This document shows positions 12,984-21,955 of a DNA stretch of 32,000 nt, in pieces. Each line of letters starts with the position of its first letter. The first letter of the stretch is position 1. A program made the position numbers and the translations under genes. The stretch covers positions 1,470,001-1,502,000 of the forward strand of contig FP565575.1 in assembly GCA_000091165.1 (NCBI GenBank), given 5' to 3'. The DNA is from Candidatus Methylomirabilis oxygeniifera. Its GTDB lineage: Bacteria > Methylomirabilota > Methylomirabilia > Methylomirabilales > Methylomirabilaceae. The notes under the pieces are model-generated. The model saw only the letters and a list, made by a program, of their open reading frames with translations, did no database searches and was not told the DNA's origin.

Positions 12984-15066
12984 CGCTGAGCTCCACCGTC
13001 CTGAGGACCTTCACCGACACGCGAGGTCCGATCTCGTTATACGACAGCACCGTCACCTGCGGCAGATACCGTTCGATCAGGCGTCGCAGATGCGGGCGGA
13101 CCGCAGCGGTGCAGAGGAAGACCGGCTGTCCCAAGAGCGGCAGACACTGCTCCACCCCCTTCGCAACGGCTTCGACCACCTTCTGCGCAAGCCTGGGCTC
13201 CAGCGCCAGGTAGCTCTCCTGATCATTCTGTATGATCGCTTCCGCCAACGTCTGTTCCACAGACGGTCCGAGCGTCAGCACCGCCAGTCCTCCATCAGGC
13301 GCCATGAGCGATCGGCAGATCGATTTGGCCAGCGCCTGCCGCGCATGCTCGGTCAGCAAGATCGGATCTTTGGTATACGGCACATAATCGGCCAGCGCCT
13401 CGAGGATCGTCGGGAGGTCCCTGATCGAGACCCCCTCCATCAGCAGCCCCTGCAATACCCGCTGTACTGCGCCCAAAGAGAGCTGAGCCGGAATGATCCC
13501 GTCTACCAACGCGGGATGGGTTTGCTTCAGGTGGTCGAGGAGCGCCTGCACCTCCTGCCGACCCACCAGCTCCCGCGCCTCTCGCCGTATAACCTCCGAC
13601 AGATGAGTCGCCACGACTGACGAGGGATCGACGACGGTATAGCCAAGGACCTGCGCGCGCTCCTTCAACGCCGCATTGATCCACCGTGCCGGCAGACCAA
13701 AGGTCGGCTCCTGGGTCTCAATCCCATCCACCGGCTCCTGAGCCGTCCCAGGATCCATAGCCAGAAAGTGCCCCACCAGGACCTCTCCCTGGGCGACCTC
13801 CACGCCTTTCATCTTGACACTGTAGCTGTTGGGCCTGAGCGAGAGGTTGTCCCGGATTCTGACGGGCGGGACCACAAACCCCATATCGAGGGCGAATTGG
13901 CGTCGGATCAGCTTGATCCGTTCCAGGAGGTCCCCACCTTGACTTGCGTCCACCAGCGGGATCAGACCGTACCCTACCTCCAACGTCAACAGATCCAGCG
14001 GCAGGAGCGTCTCCACCTTTTCCGGACCGGAGGGCGCCAACGGAATATCCTCTCCCTCCTCCCCGGTCTTTCGCCCACCTCCTGACGGCCCGGTCTTGAC
14101 CCTGGAATATGCCACCGTACCGATGACGGCCGCTACCATGAAGAACGGAAAGAACGGCATGCCAGGAATCAACCCGACAAACAGGAGCACGCCCGCCGTG
14201 ATGCCGAGCGGTTTCGGGTAGAAGAGTATCTGGCGGCCAAGAGTGGCGCTGAGCTCTGCCTCCGATGCCGCCCTCGTCATCACGATGCCGGCCGCCGTGG
14301 AAATAGCCAGGGCCGGAATCTGCGCCACCAGACCGTCGCCGACAGTGAGAAGCGTGTAGGTTTGCACCGCCTCCATCAGATCCATCCCGTTTTGAAGCAC
14401 GCCGATGGCGAGTCCCCCCAGAATGTTGATGGCGATAATGATCATTCCGGCAATCGCATCGCCCCGGACGAACTTACTGGCGCCGTCCATCGCCCCATAG
14501 AAGTCGGCCTCCCTCGCGATTTCCGACCTGCGAGCCCTGGCCTCCTGCTCGTTGATCAACCCGGCGTTCAACTCGGCATCGATTGAGAGTTGTTTCCCGG
14601 GCATCGCGTCGAGGGTAAAGCGAGCGGACACCTCGGCGATCCGCCCTGAGCCCTTGGTAATGACCATAAACTGGATCACCGCCAGAATGGCGAATACGAC
14701 AGCGCCCACGATGTAGCTGCCGCCCACCACGAAACTCCCGAACGCATTGATGATACGACCCGCTGCTGCGGTGCCCTCGTTACCGTGTAGCAGGACCAGG
14801 CGCGTTGAGGCCACGTTCAACGAAAGGCGGAACAACGTCAGCACCAACAGCAGCGATGGAAAGACCGAGAGATCGAGAGGGCGAAGGATGTACAGTGAGA
14901 TCACGAAGATCAAGAGCGCGATCGTGATGTTGGCAGCGAGCAATAGGTCGAGAAGAAGCGGCGGGATCGGCGCCAACATCGCGAGGAGGATACCGATGCT
15001 GGCCAGCGCCACCAGGACATCACCCTGCAGCAATGATGCAAGAGGCGTAGTCTGGGTCGTTTTCAT
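12973..15066 (-). CDS. flhA: Flagellar export gate protein FlhA
   Basis: 697 aa with an N-terminal polytopic membrane domain containing FHIPEP-like stretches (FPSLLLVLTLFRLSLNVASTRLVL, SRFTLDAMPGKQLSIDAELNAG) and a large cytoplasmic C-domain. Confidence 0.95.
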   Translation of the reverse strand: MKTTQTTPLASLLQGDVLVALASIGILLAMLAPIPPLLLDLLLAANITIALLIFVISLYILRPLDLSVFPSLLLVLTLFRLSLNVASTRLVLLHGNEGTAAAGRIINAFGSFVVGGSYIVGAVVFAILAVIQFMVITKGSGRIAEVSARFTLDAMPGKQLSIDAELNAGLINEQEARARRSEIAREADFYGAMDGASKFVRGDAIAGMIIIAINILGGLAIGVLQNGMDLMEAVQTYTLLTVGDGLVAQIPALAISTAAGIVMTRAASEAELSATLGRQILFYPKPLGITAGVLLFVGLIPGMPFFPFFMVAAVIGTVAYSRVKTGPSGGGRKTGEEGEDIPLAPSGPEKVETLLPLDLLTLEVGYGLIPLVDASQGGDLLERIKLIRRQFALDMGFVVPPVRIRDNLSLRPNSYSVKMKGVEVAQGEVLVGHFLAMDPGTAQEPVDGIETQEPTFGLPARWINAALKERAQVLGYTVVDPSSVVATHLSEVIRREARELVGRQEVQALLDHLKQTHPALVDGIIPAQLSLGAVQRVLQGLLMEGVSIRDLPTILEALADYVPYTKDPILLTEHARQALAKSICRSLMAPDGGLAVLTLGPSVEQTLAEAIIQNDQESYLALEPRLAQKVVEAVAKGVEQCLPLLGQPVFLCTAAVRPHLRRLIERYLPQVTVLSYNEIGPRVSVKVLRTVELSDAS

Positions 15067-16142
15067 CGAGCTGCCTTTCGTTTCCCGCTCATCTGATAGA
15101 CGTAAGCCAGGATCTCCGCCACCGCCTTATACAGGTGGATCGGAATCGGACGGCCTATAGAGACGGCTTTATAGAGAGCACGGGCCAAGGGGGGGTCCTC
15201 TACGATCGGAATCCCGTGCGCCTTGGCCATCGCCACAATCCGCTCGGCCACCAGTCTGGCCCCTTTCGCCACCACCGTCGGCGCCTCCATCGAGGTCGAA
15301 TCGTACCGCATGGCGACGGCGAAGTGGATCGGGTTCACTATGACCACATCCGCCTTCGGGACATCCGTCATCATCCGGTGCATGGCCGCTTGCCGCTGCA
15401 GGCCCTTGATCCGTCCCTTAACGGCAGGGTCGCCTTCGGTCTGCTTCATCTCCTCCTTCACCTCTTCCTTCGTCATCCGGATCGATTTCTCGAACTGCCA
15501 CCGCTGCCAGCCGTAATCCAGGGCGGCCAACGTCAGAAACGCCAGACCGACTCGAAGGGCGAGTTGAAAACAGATCTGACCCAGCCAGGTCAACGTCTGC
15601 ATCGGCGTCATATCCATGAGGAGGGGGATCTCCGATAGATGGCCGCTCAAGGTTCGATAGACGAGAAAACCGACCAGAGCAAACTTCAGGATTGACTTAA
15701 TCGTCTCTATAAGCGTTCGCCCAGGCGCAAAGAGCCGCTTGAAGCCTGTAGCCGGGTTCAGCCGTTCCCACTTCAGCGATAAGGCGCTGGAATTTGTCAG
15801 GAAGCCGACCTGCGCCACACTGGAGACGTAGGCAACGACAACCAACGTGCCCATCAACGGCGCCAGCATCGTCGCCATCCGCAACGAGGCGCTGAACATC
15901 GTCTGCTGAACACGCGGCACCGTCAGCTCTCCGCCGAGACCTTGCCCGAAGTAAAAGCGCATCAACCCTACCAGATCGGCGACCAGCGAGCCGCCAAGCA
16001 CGTAGAAGGTCAGGATGCCGCTGAGCATCAGCAACGCCGCGTTGAGATCTTGGCTGCGAGCGACCTGGCCCCGCCCTCTGGCCTCCTGGCGGCGCTTACT
16101 CGTCGCGGATTCGGTCCGGTCCTTGGCGTCATCTGACGGCAT
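15063..16142 (-). CDS. flhB: Flagellar export switch protein FlhB
   Basis: N-terminal TESATSKRRQEARGRGQVARSQDL, four TM segments, and the autocleavage region VIVNPIHFAVAMRYD (NPIH in place of the usual NPTH). Confidence 0.95.
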   Translation of the reverse strand: MPSDDAKDRTESATSKRRQEARGRGQVARSQDLNAALLMLSGILTFYVLGGSLVADLVGLMRFYFGQGLGGELTVPRVQQTMFSASLRMATMLAPLMGTLVVVAYVSSVAQVGFLTNSSALSLKWERLNPATGFKRLFAPGRTLIETIKSILKFALVGFLVYRTLSGHLSEIPLLMDMTPMQTLTWLGQICFQLALRVGLAFLTLAALDYGWQRWQFEKSIRMTKEEVKEEMKQTEGDPAVKGRIKGLQRQAAMHRMMTDVPKADVVIVNPIHFAVAMRYDSTSMEAPTVVAKGARLVAERIVAMAKAHGIPIVEDPPLARALYKAVSIGRPIPIHLYKAVAEILAYVYQMSGKRKAAR

Positions 16143-16935
16143 ATGAGAGACTCCGCAGCAGCGTAAACAGTTCCAGACGAACCTGGCCGGTGCTCACCCC
16201 GATCAGGTGGGTAAGAAGCGGCAAGGAGACCAGCAGGACCAGTAAGCCGACGATGAAGGTCACAGAGAGGCCGAAGGCAAAAAAGTTCAACTGCGGCGCC
16301 ACCCGCGCCAGCAACCCCATGGCAACATTCGTAATCAGTACCGCCACCATGATCGGAGAGGAGAGCCTGAGAGCCAGGACCAGGCTCTTACCGAAAAGGG
16401 CGACCAGGACCGAGGCTGCCCCCGCAGCCGCCGCTCCGGAGAACGTTCCGAGTGGAATCGATTCAAAGCTTGCCCAGACCGCCTCCAGGAAGGCGTGGTG
16501 TCCATGGAGCGTCAGAAACGTGAGAATGGTCATGAGTTCCAGAAACTGCGCCACTATCGAGGCTTGTTGCGGGAACTGCGGATCGACGACGTTCGCGATC
16601 CCCAGGCCCATCTGTACCCCGGCAAGCTCCCCCGCAAGGCTGACGCCGACGAATAACAGTCGCGCAGCCAGTCCGATCACCACTCCGACCGCCACCTCTC
16701 CCACGATACTCAGCGCCAACGAGAACGGCTCCATGCCGCGTGCGAGAAGAGCGCTCTTGCCGAGCAACGGGTAGAGACTGACGGTGAGGCTGAGCGCCAG
16801 GCCGATCTTGAAGGGAATAGGAAGATGACTGCCCGCAAAGATCGGCGCGGTCAGGAACAAGCCCCCAAGACGAAAGAGGATCAGCAGAAATAACGGTGAA
16901 CTCCAGGCGGACAGCACCACCGTATCCACAGTCAT
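16129..16935 (-). CDS. fliR: Flagellar export apparatus protein FliR
   Basis: 268-aa polytopic membrane protein located between fliQ and flhB. Confidence 0.9.
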   Translation of the reverse strand: MTVDTVVLSAWSSPLFLLILFRLGGLFLTAPIFAGSHLPIPFKIGLALSLTVSLYPLLGKSALLARGMEPFSLALSIVGEVAVGVVIGLAARLLFVGVSLAGELAGVQMGLGIANVVDPQFPQQASIVAQFLELMTILTFLTLHGHHAFLEAVWASFESIPLGTFSGAAAAGAASVLVALFGKSLVLALRLSSPIMVAVLITNVAMGLLARVAPQLNFFAFGLSVTFIVGLLVLLVSLPLLTHLIGVSTGQVRLELFTLLRSLSYAVR

Positions 16936-17011
16936 GCTCCTCCCACGTTCATGGCGTTTCTTGCGTTCATCGCGTTTGTGGCGTCAAGTACCCGACGCGC
17001 TGGACGCATCG

Positions 17012-17281
17012 CTACCGCCCGTACAACGGCAAGTTGATGAGCAGCGACGTGGTGAACGACAGCATCGTTCTCATCATCCACGGCAAAAAGAGTATCAGCG
17101 CCACAAACACCACCACAATCTTCGGGACAAAGGCGAGCGTTTGCTCCTGGATTGAGGTTACGGCCTGAAGAATACTGATCAGCAATCCCACGATAAGACC
17201 GGCGGCAAGGATCGGAGCCGCGAGAAGCAGGATGAGCTGCAGAGCCTGCGAGCCCAGATCGATCACGACCTGTGGGTTCAT
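17012..17281 (-). CDS. fliQ: Flagellar export apparatus protein FliQ
   Basis: 89-aa two-TM protein. GGAGG SD. Located between fliP and fliR. Confidence 0.9.
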   Translation of the reverse strand: MNPQVVIDLGSQALQLILLLAAPILAAGLIVGLLISILQAVTSIQEQTLAFVPKIVVVFVALILFLPWMMRTMLSFTTSLLINLPLYGR

Positions 17282-17294
17282 ACGATCCTCCGCC

Positions 17295-18026
17295 TCACTG
17301 GAACCCTATCACCAACGAGCGCACCACCAGATGCCACCCATCAGCGAGGACGAACAGCAACAGCTTGAATGGAAACGAGATGACCGGGGGCGGCAGAAAC
17401 AGCATTCCCATCGAGATGAGTACGCTCGAGACAACCATGTCGATCACAAGAAAGGGGATGAACAGGACAAATCCGATCTGAAAGGCGGTCCGCAATTCGC
17501 TGATGGCGTAGGCCGGGACCAGCACGTGGGTCGGGACCGCTGCGCGGTCTTTCGGTCGCTCCAGCCGTGCCAAGTGGACCATAAGGGCCAGGTCCCGCTC
17601 CCGCGTCTGCTTGAACATGAACGTCCGGAGCGGCTGGAGCGCGCGCTCCAGCGCCGCCTCCTGGGCAAGTTGCCGGCTCAGGTAGGGTTGGAGAGCTTCC
17701 CGATTGATCTGCTCGCCCACCGGCGCCATAACAAAGAAAGTGAGGAACAGTGTGAGCCCGATCAAGACCTGGTTGGGCGGCATTTGCTGGGTCCCCATTG
17801 CCGTTCTCAGGAAGGACAGCACGATGATGATCCTGGAGAACGAGGTCAGCATGATCACGAGCGCAGGCGCCATGGCCAACAGCGTCAGCAGGATAACGAG
17901 CTGCACCGCTACCGTCGGCTCTGCGCTTCCTGCCCCGCCCGCGACCAATGGCAGTTGCGGAATGGGGACAAACGATGGTCCTACGGCGAGCGGAGACGCC
18001 GCGACGAATGTTCCGATCCCCATCAT
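17295..18026 (-). CDS. fliP: Flagellar export apparatus protein FliP
   Basis: Conserved stretches SFSRIIIVLSFLRTAMGTQQMPPNQVLIGLTLFLTFFVM and FLVIDMVVSSVLISMGM. Confidence 0.95.
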   Translation of the reverse strand: MMGIGTFVAASPLAVGPSFVPIPQLPLVAGGAGSAEPTVAVQLVILLTLLAMAPALVIMLTSFSRIIIVLSFLRTAMGTQQMPPNQVLIGLTLFLTFFVMAPVGEQINREALQPYLSRQLAQEAALERALQPLRTFMFKQTRERDLALMVHLARLERPKDRAAVPTHVLVPAYAISELRTAFQIGFVLFIPFLVIDMVVSSVLISMGMLFLPPPVISFPFKLLLFVLADGWHLVVRSLVIGFQ

Positions 18027-18787
18027 TCCGAGGCCCCCGTTCCCCAGAGCTTGTTCAGTCGTCTCAACCGACCCTCCAGCCCGGTCAGAGCCGCCGCACG
18101 CTCCCGCGCAAACCCAGACGGGGAGCGATTTTCAGATCCGCCAATCCCGCCGATCGTCGCGTCATCAGCTCCTGTGTCGGAGGACACCGCGGAGGTGTTC
18201 GACGGAAGCGTGTGCAGCAGCGTAATTCCGGAACCCGTCTGGCCAAGCAGCAGGATATCGGTCCCCACCTGCACAAGACACAGCGATTCCTTCGGACCCA
18301 GATACGTCCGACTCAGGATCCGGATAGTCCCGTCCCGGTTCATACCCCGCGGCCCGCGCAATCCGAACCGTTTATAGAGGTAGACCCCAAGCGCCAGCAC
18401 GCCAAGCACCGTCCCGAGCGCGGTGAAGACCTGCGAGGTGACGCCGGCGCCTGGTAACGGGATCTCGGGATCGCGATAACTCGGCAAATCGAGCCGCTGA
18501 GAATCGGAGACCGGCGCCGGCTCACTCACACCAGGCTCTTGCGGTGACTCGGCGATCGCTATACACGGCATTGCCCCAACAAGCCAGAGTGTAATGGCAA
18601 GGCGCGCACACCAGAGTGGCCGGGGTGGACGGGGGTTGGCGACGCGTCGTCGATGGCAGGCGAAGCATGGACAGCGCAGCCTGCCGGCGCCGATTCGAGC
18701 CGTACATGGACGTACGGCGAGATTAAGCGGAGTCAATCGCCGTCCACCTATGACCCACAGGGCTCGTACTTCGCACCACGTACTCAT
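18023..18787 (-). CDS. fliO: FliO/FliZ-type flagellar export protein with a long Arg/Cys-rich N-terminal extension (start uncertain)
   Basis: TM segment VFTALGTVLGVLALGVYLY followed by IRILSRTYLGPKESLCLVQVGTDILLLGQTGSGITLL (FliO signature region). ATGA overlap with the fliN stop. Confidence 0.7.
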   Translation of the reverse strand: MSTWCEVRALWVIGGRRLTPLNLAVRPCTARIGAGRLRCPCFACHRRRVANPRPPRPLWCARLAITLWLVGAMPCIAIAESPQEPGVSEPAPVSDSQRLDLPSYRDPEIPLPGAGVTSQVFTALGTVLGVLALGVYLYKRFGLRGPRGMNRDGTIRILSRTYLGPKESLCLVQVGTDILLLGQTGSGITLLHTLPSNTSAVSSDTGADDATIGGIGGSENRSPSGFARERAAALTGLEGRLRRLNKLWGTGASE

Positions 18788-19791
18788 CGCAGATTCTTAA
18801 TCCGATCGGCCACGCTGGTGATGCTGGTCAGCCGCACCCCGAAGTTTTCGTCGATGATGATCACCTCACCCTTGGCGATCGGCTTGTCGTTCACAAGAAT
18901 GTCCACCGCGTCGCCGGCCTGCTTGTCCAGCTCGACGATCGATCCTGGCCCAAGTTGGAGGATATCTCGAATTTGAAGCCGGGTCCGCCCGAGCTCCACG
19001 CTGACCTGAAGATTGACGTCGAGCAGCATATCGATACCGTTGTTTGGTCCGACCCGTTCCCCTCCGGTCAGGGGAACGAATGGCGCTTGAGCTGAGGCAG
19101 ACGTTGCAGACACTGTATCCTCCTTCGCAACCAAAGTGTCGTTATGGGGCTGAGCCTTATCAGTTTCCGGCAGCAGAGACGGGGAGACGATCAGCGCCAC
19201 CTCTCCGGACGCCAAGCCTTCACGTGTGAGACTGGCTACGCAGAGCAACGGGGTGGACGCCTCTTCGCGGAATACCGCAAGGCAGACCCCGGCCTCGGTT
19301 AAAGCGGTCACGGTCCCCGCTTCAACAGTGACCGGCTTCCCCAACGCTGCTCGCAGCGCCGTCCCGAGACTTCCGCCGATCTGATTCGCGGCTTCCGAGA
19401 GCGCATCAAGATAATCCGCAGACAACTCCGATCCTGGCGTAGGCTCCTCTCCCAGAATGAGTTGTGCCAAGCCGATGGCGTCGTCCGCCCTCCAGACCAA
19501 GTGCTCGGCGCCGACAAGGCCCTGACTCGCTTGCATCGCCATACCGACACATGGCCCGGGCAGGAGAGCGAGCAATGTCGAGGGCGATACCGGAACAATC
19601 CGATCGAACCTAAGCCGCACCGGGCGACCACAGAGTACCGAGAAGACCTGGGAGGAGGCCTCGAAAACAAGTTGTCCGTGCCGCTCCAATGCTGAAGACA
19701 CCGTCTCAACTTCGGCTAAAGATGCTGACTGGTTGCGTCGATCAGTGGCGTGCGCCATGCGCTGACTTCTCCTCTGAGATATCGGCCACAA
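18784..19791 (-). CDS. fliN: C-ring protein FliN with a CheC-like N-terminal domain (FliY-type)
   Basis: C-terminal SpoA domain LLDVNLQVSVELGRTRLQIRDILQLGPGSIVELDKQAGDAVDILVNDKPIAKGEVIIIDENFGVRL. The N-terminal ~230 aa have two CheC-like half repeats. The ORF-track start is TTG at 19791; the ATG at 19758 is an alternative. Confidence 0.85.
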   Translation of the reverse strand: MWPISQRRSQRMAHATDRRNQSASLAEVETVSSALERHGQLVFEASSQVFSVLCGRPVRLRFDRIVPVSPSTLLALLPGPCVGMAMQASQGLVGAEHLVWRADDAIGLAQLILGEEPTPGSELSADYLDALSEAANQIGGSLGTALRAALGKPVTVEAGTVTALTEAGVCLAVFREEASTPLLCVASLTREGLASGEVALIVSPSLLPETDKAQPHNDTLVAKEDTVSATSASAQAPFVPLTGGERVGPNNGIDMLLDVNLQVSVELGRTRLQIRDILQLGPGSIVELDKQAGDAVDILVNDKPIAKGEVIIIDENFGVRLTSITSVADRIKNLR

Positions 19792-20743
19792 TCTGGACAG
19801 CCCTTTTCCTGTGCGACGTACCGACCTTTACCACGTATTTCGGCACCCCCTCTACCTCGAGCACGCCGAGAGACGACGCTCCAATATCCAGGCGCACGAT
19901 ATCGCCCGCCTTGAGAAAACTCAGTTCATGGACGGTCAGCGGGATCGAACCGAGCAACGCCCGAACACTGAGACCGACAGCCGGCATGGCCTTGGCGATT
20001 TCAGCAGCCCCCACCTCATCCGTTTCCTCTCTGTGCCCGGCGATCCATCGTCTCAGCGACAGATTCGGAATAACAGGCTCAAGCATGGAGAACGGAAAGC
20101 AGAGACTCATCATTCCTTCAACGTCGCCTATCTTGACGTCAAAGCCGATCAGGATCACCATATCGGTGGGCGCCGCAAGCTGGAGGAAGCCCGGGTTGAC
20201 CTCCAGATTCAGCAGTTCAAACTGGAAGAGGCTGACGCGGCTCCAGGCGTTCCGGAGGTCCTCGAGCGTGCGCCGAAGCAGCTTCGACACCAGTGCCCGC
20301 TCAATCTCGGTCAGTTCTCGCGCCACATCGGATATCCGTCCCGCACCCCCGAGGATCCGATCGATAATATAAGAGATGAGCCGCGGCGGAAGTTCGACAA
20401 TGGCGCCACCCTTCAGCGGCTTCATCCCGAAGATACCCAGGCAGGCGGGATAAGCGACCGATGCGATATATTCGGCATACGCCATCTGCTCTACCAGGGT
20501 CGGCCGGATCTCAACAAATGTTCTCAGGAGCGGCGAGAGGGTACCTCCCATCTGTTTCGCGAAGCGGTCGTGAAGCATCTGAAGGGCTTGGAGCTGTTCC
20601 TTGGAGATCCGATTGGGCCTGCGAAAATCGTATCGGATGAATTGTCGCTTGACCTGGGTCGGCGCGCCGACCGCCGGTACCGCGCCCTTTGCGGCCGCCG
20701 ACAACAGCGAGTCGATCTCTTCCTGTGTCAGAATCTCACTCAT
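19742..20743 (-). CDS. fliM: Flagellar switch protein FliM
   Basis: N-terminal CheY-P-binding peptide MSEILTQEEIDSLL. FliM middle domain and C-terminal SpoA-like domain. Confidence 0.95.
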   Translation of the reverse strand: MSEILTQEEIDSLLSAAAKGAVPAVGAPTQVKRQFIRYDFRRPNRISKEQLQALQMLHDRFAKQMGGTLSPLLRTFVEIRPTLVEQMAYAEYIASVAYPACLGIFGMKPLKGGAIVELPPRLISYIIDRILGGAGRISDVARELTEIERALVSKLLRRTLEDLRNAWSRVSLFQFELLNLEVNPGFLQLAAPTDMVILIGFDVKIGDVEGMMSLCFPFSMLEPVIPNLSLRRWIAGHREETDEVGAAEIAKAMPAVGLSVRALLGSIPLTVHELSFLKAGDIVRLDIGASSLGVLEVEGVPKYVVKVGTSHRKRAVQIVADISEEKSAHGARH

Positions 20744-20823
20744 CAGATGATCTCGCTCGGTGGTTTATGATCGGTGATCGGTTTTTACTGATTGGTGAAA
20801 GTTGACCGCGACTCATGGAGGTA

Positions 20824-20840
20824 TAGCAAGTGTAATGCCA
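20824..20840 (-). promoter_or_regulatory. sigma-54 (-24/-12) promoter upstream of fliM
   Basis: Minus strand TGGCAT-TACAC-TTGCTA, matching TGGCAC-N5-TTGCW with exact GG/GC spacing. It lies ~80 nt upstream of the fliM ATG inside an AT-richer 370-bp gap. Confidence 0.65.
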
Positions 20841-21112
20841 GTAGAAGCAGAACGCTTTTGTCACGATTGGAGCGATTTTCAATCGGATGAGAAGAGCGGA
20901 TACGACCCCTTACCTCTCGGCGTGACCAATACCTCACCACCTGATTCGTAGCGACCCGGGGAACCGCGTGATCATCAGCAGATAGCGGAGATGATGAAAT
21001 TTGATCGGATGGAAAAAAATTAGCCGTACAGGTATAAGGGGCGTAAGGGGCGAGTGTGAAGTTCGTGGTGTGAGGGATAAAATATAGGGTGGGTGTAGGG
21101 TATGGATGAAGC

Positions 21113-21664
21113 TTACTGGATTACGAACTCGGTAAGATAGACATTCTGCAGTCGATCGGCTCCCAGTTCCTTACCGAACTGATCCGCGATCTGCTGCTTC
21201 AGGGCCTGCAGACTCCCCGCACTCGTCACCTCTTCCAGCGGCTTACCGGAAAGAATCTGGATCAACCGATCACTTAACAGGGCTTTGCGTGCCTCTACCT
21301 CTTTGACCAGTTCCTCTTCTTCCGGAATCTCGATCTGAACGGTCACCTTCAGATAGCGACGTCCATTTGTTCCGGCGATGTTGACGATAGCGGGATCAAG
21401 AGGGAGGATCTTGCCGGCGTGATGCTCCTTCTTCGCCTCGGGCTCCGACTCCTTCGCCTGCTCCTTCCCATTTACGACAAGCATCGGCTTCAGCACATAG
21501 ATGTTGATGCCAAAGGCAGCACCGGTCAGAGCGATCACGATCCCTGCCTGAACGGCCATCGCTACGAGCTTCCCGCGGCCCGCGGCTGAGGTCTTCTTCT
21601 CCTCGCCGCCGGGCGATTCCGAACCTCCGACCTCACGGATCTCAGCTTTTGCGTCGTCAGCCAC
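21113..21664 (-). CDS. fliL: Flagellar basal-body-associated protein FliL
   Basis: GTG start after a GGGAGG SD. Single TM, then ILPLDPAIVNIAGTNGRRYLKVTVQIEI...LLSDRLIQILSGK...LKQQIADQFGK (FliL pattern). Confidence 0.9.
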   Translation of the reverse strand: MADDAKAEIREVGGSESPGGEEKKTSAAGRGKLVAMAVQAGIVIALTGAAFGINIYVLKPMLVVNGKEQAKESEPEAKKEHHAGKILPLDPAIVNIAGTNGRRYLKVTVQIEIPEEEELVKEVEARKALLSDRLIQILSGKPLEEVTSAGSLQALKQQIADQFGKELGADRLQNVYLTEFVIQ

Positions 21665-21688
21665 CTGTCGCCTCCCGCATTCCCCTCA

Positions 21689-21883
21689 TCAACGGAGGCG
21701 CGTTGCGATCATACGTCGATAGGCCATGACCTTCTCGACCACCTGATCCACGCTCTCCACAACCATCAGTTTCTTCCCCGTGGTGAGTGAGACGATCGTA
21801 TCGGGGGTTGCCTCGATGATCTCGATCAGCTCCGCATTCACCGTTACCTCAGCGCCGTTTATTCTGCTCAGCTTTACCATCAT
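21689..21883 (-). CDS. flbD: FlbD family flagellar protein (SwrD-like)
   Basis: MVKLSRINGAEVTVNAELIEIIEATPDTIVSLTTGKKLMVVESVDQVVEKV matches the FlbD pattern (MIKLTRLNG..f.lNaelIe.IE.TPDT...L.nG.K..V.ES). Confidence 0.9.
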   Translation of the reverse strand: MMVKLSRINGAEVTVNAELIEIIEATPDTIVSLTTGKKLMVVESVDQVVEKVMAYRRMIATRLR

Positions 21884-21955
21884 TAGTCCGAGTGTCCAAT
21901 GAACTGCCCCGGGGCAAGCCGCGGGGGATGAACCCTCAGAGGATTCACGCCAACC

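Noticed and set aside
17232-18457. 381-aa plus-strand ORF 17232..18377 and neighbours, antisense to fliQ/fliP/fliO
   Set aside because: His/Arg/Asp/Gln-rich low-complexity translation opposite highly conserved FliP/FliQ frames.
18540-18787. Arg/Cys-rich N-terminal 80 aa of FliO as a separate feature (metal-binding CPCFAC motif)
   Set aside because: This could simply be an over-extended ORF in GC-rich DNA. The ATGA coupling to fliN is the only support for the long form, which is insufficient to claim a domain.
19779-19786. Perfect sigma-28 -10 octamer GCCGATAT on the minus strand at the fliM/fliN junction
   Set aside because: No TAAA-like -35 at 15-16 nt (only AAAG/AAGG). It lies in coding sequence, and about one chance 8-mer hit is expected per window, so it is not reported as a promoter.
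21665-21688. Expected motA/motB between flbD and fliL (as in spirochete/Bacillus-type clusters)
   Set aside because: Only a 24-bp spacer is present, so the stator genes must lie elsewhere. No pseudogene remnant is visible.
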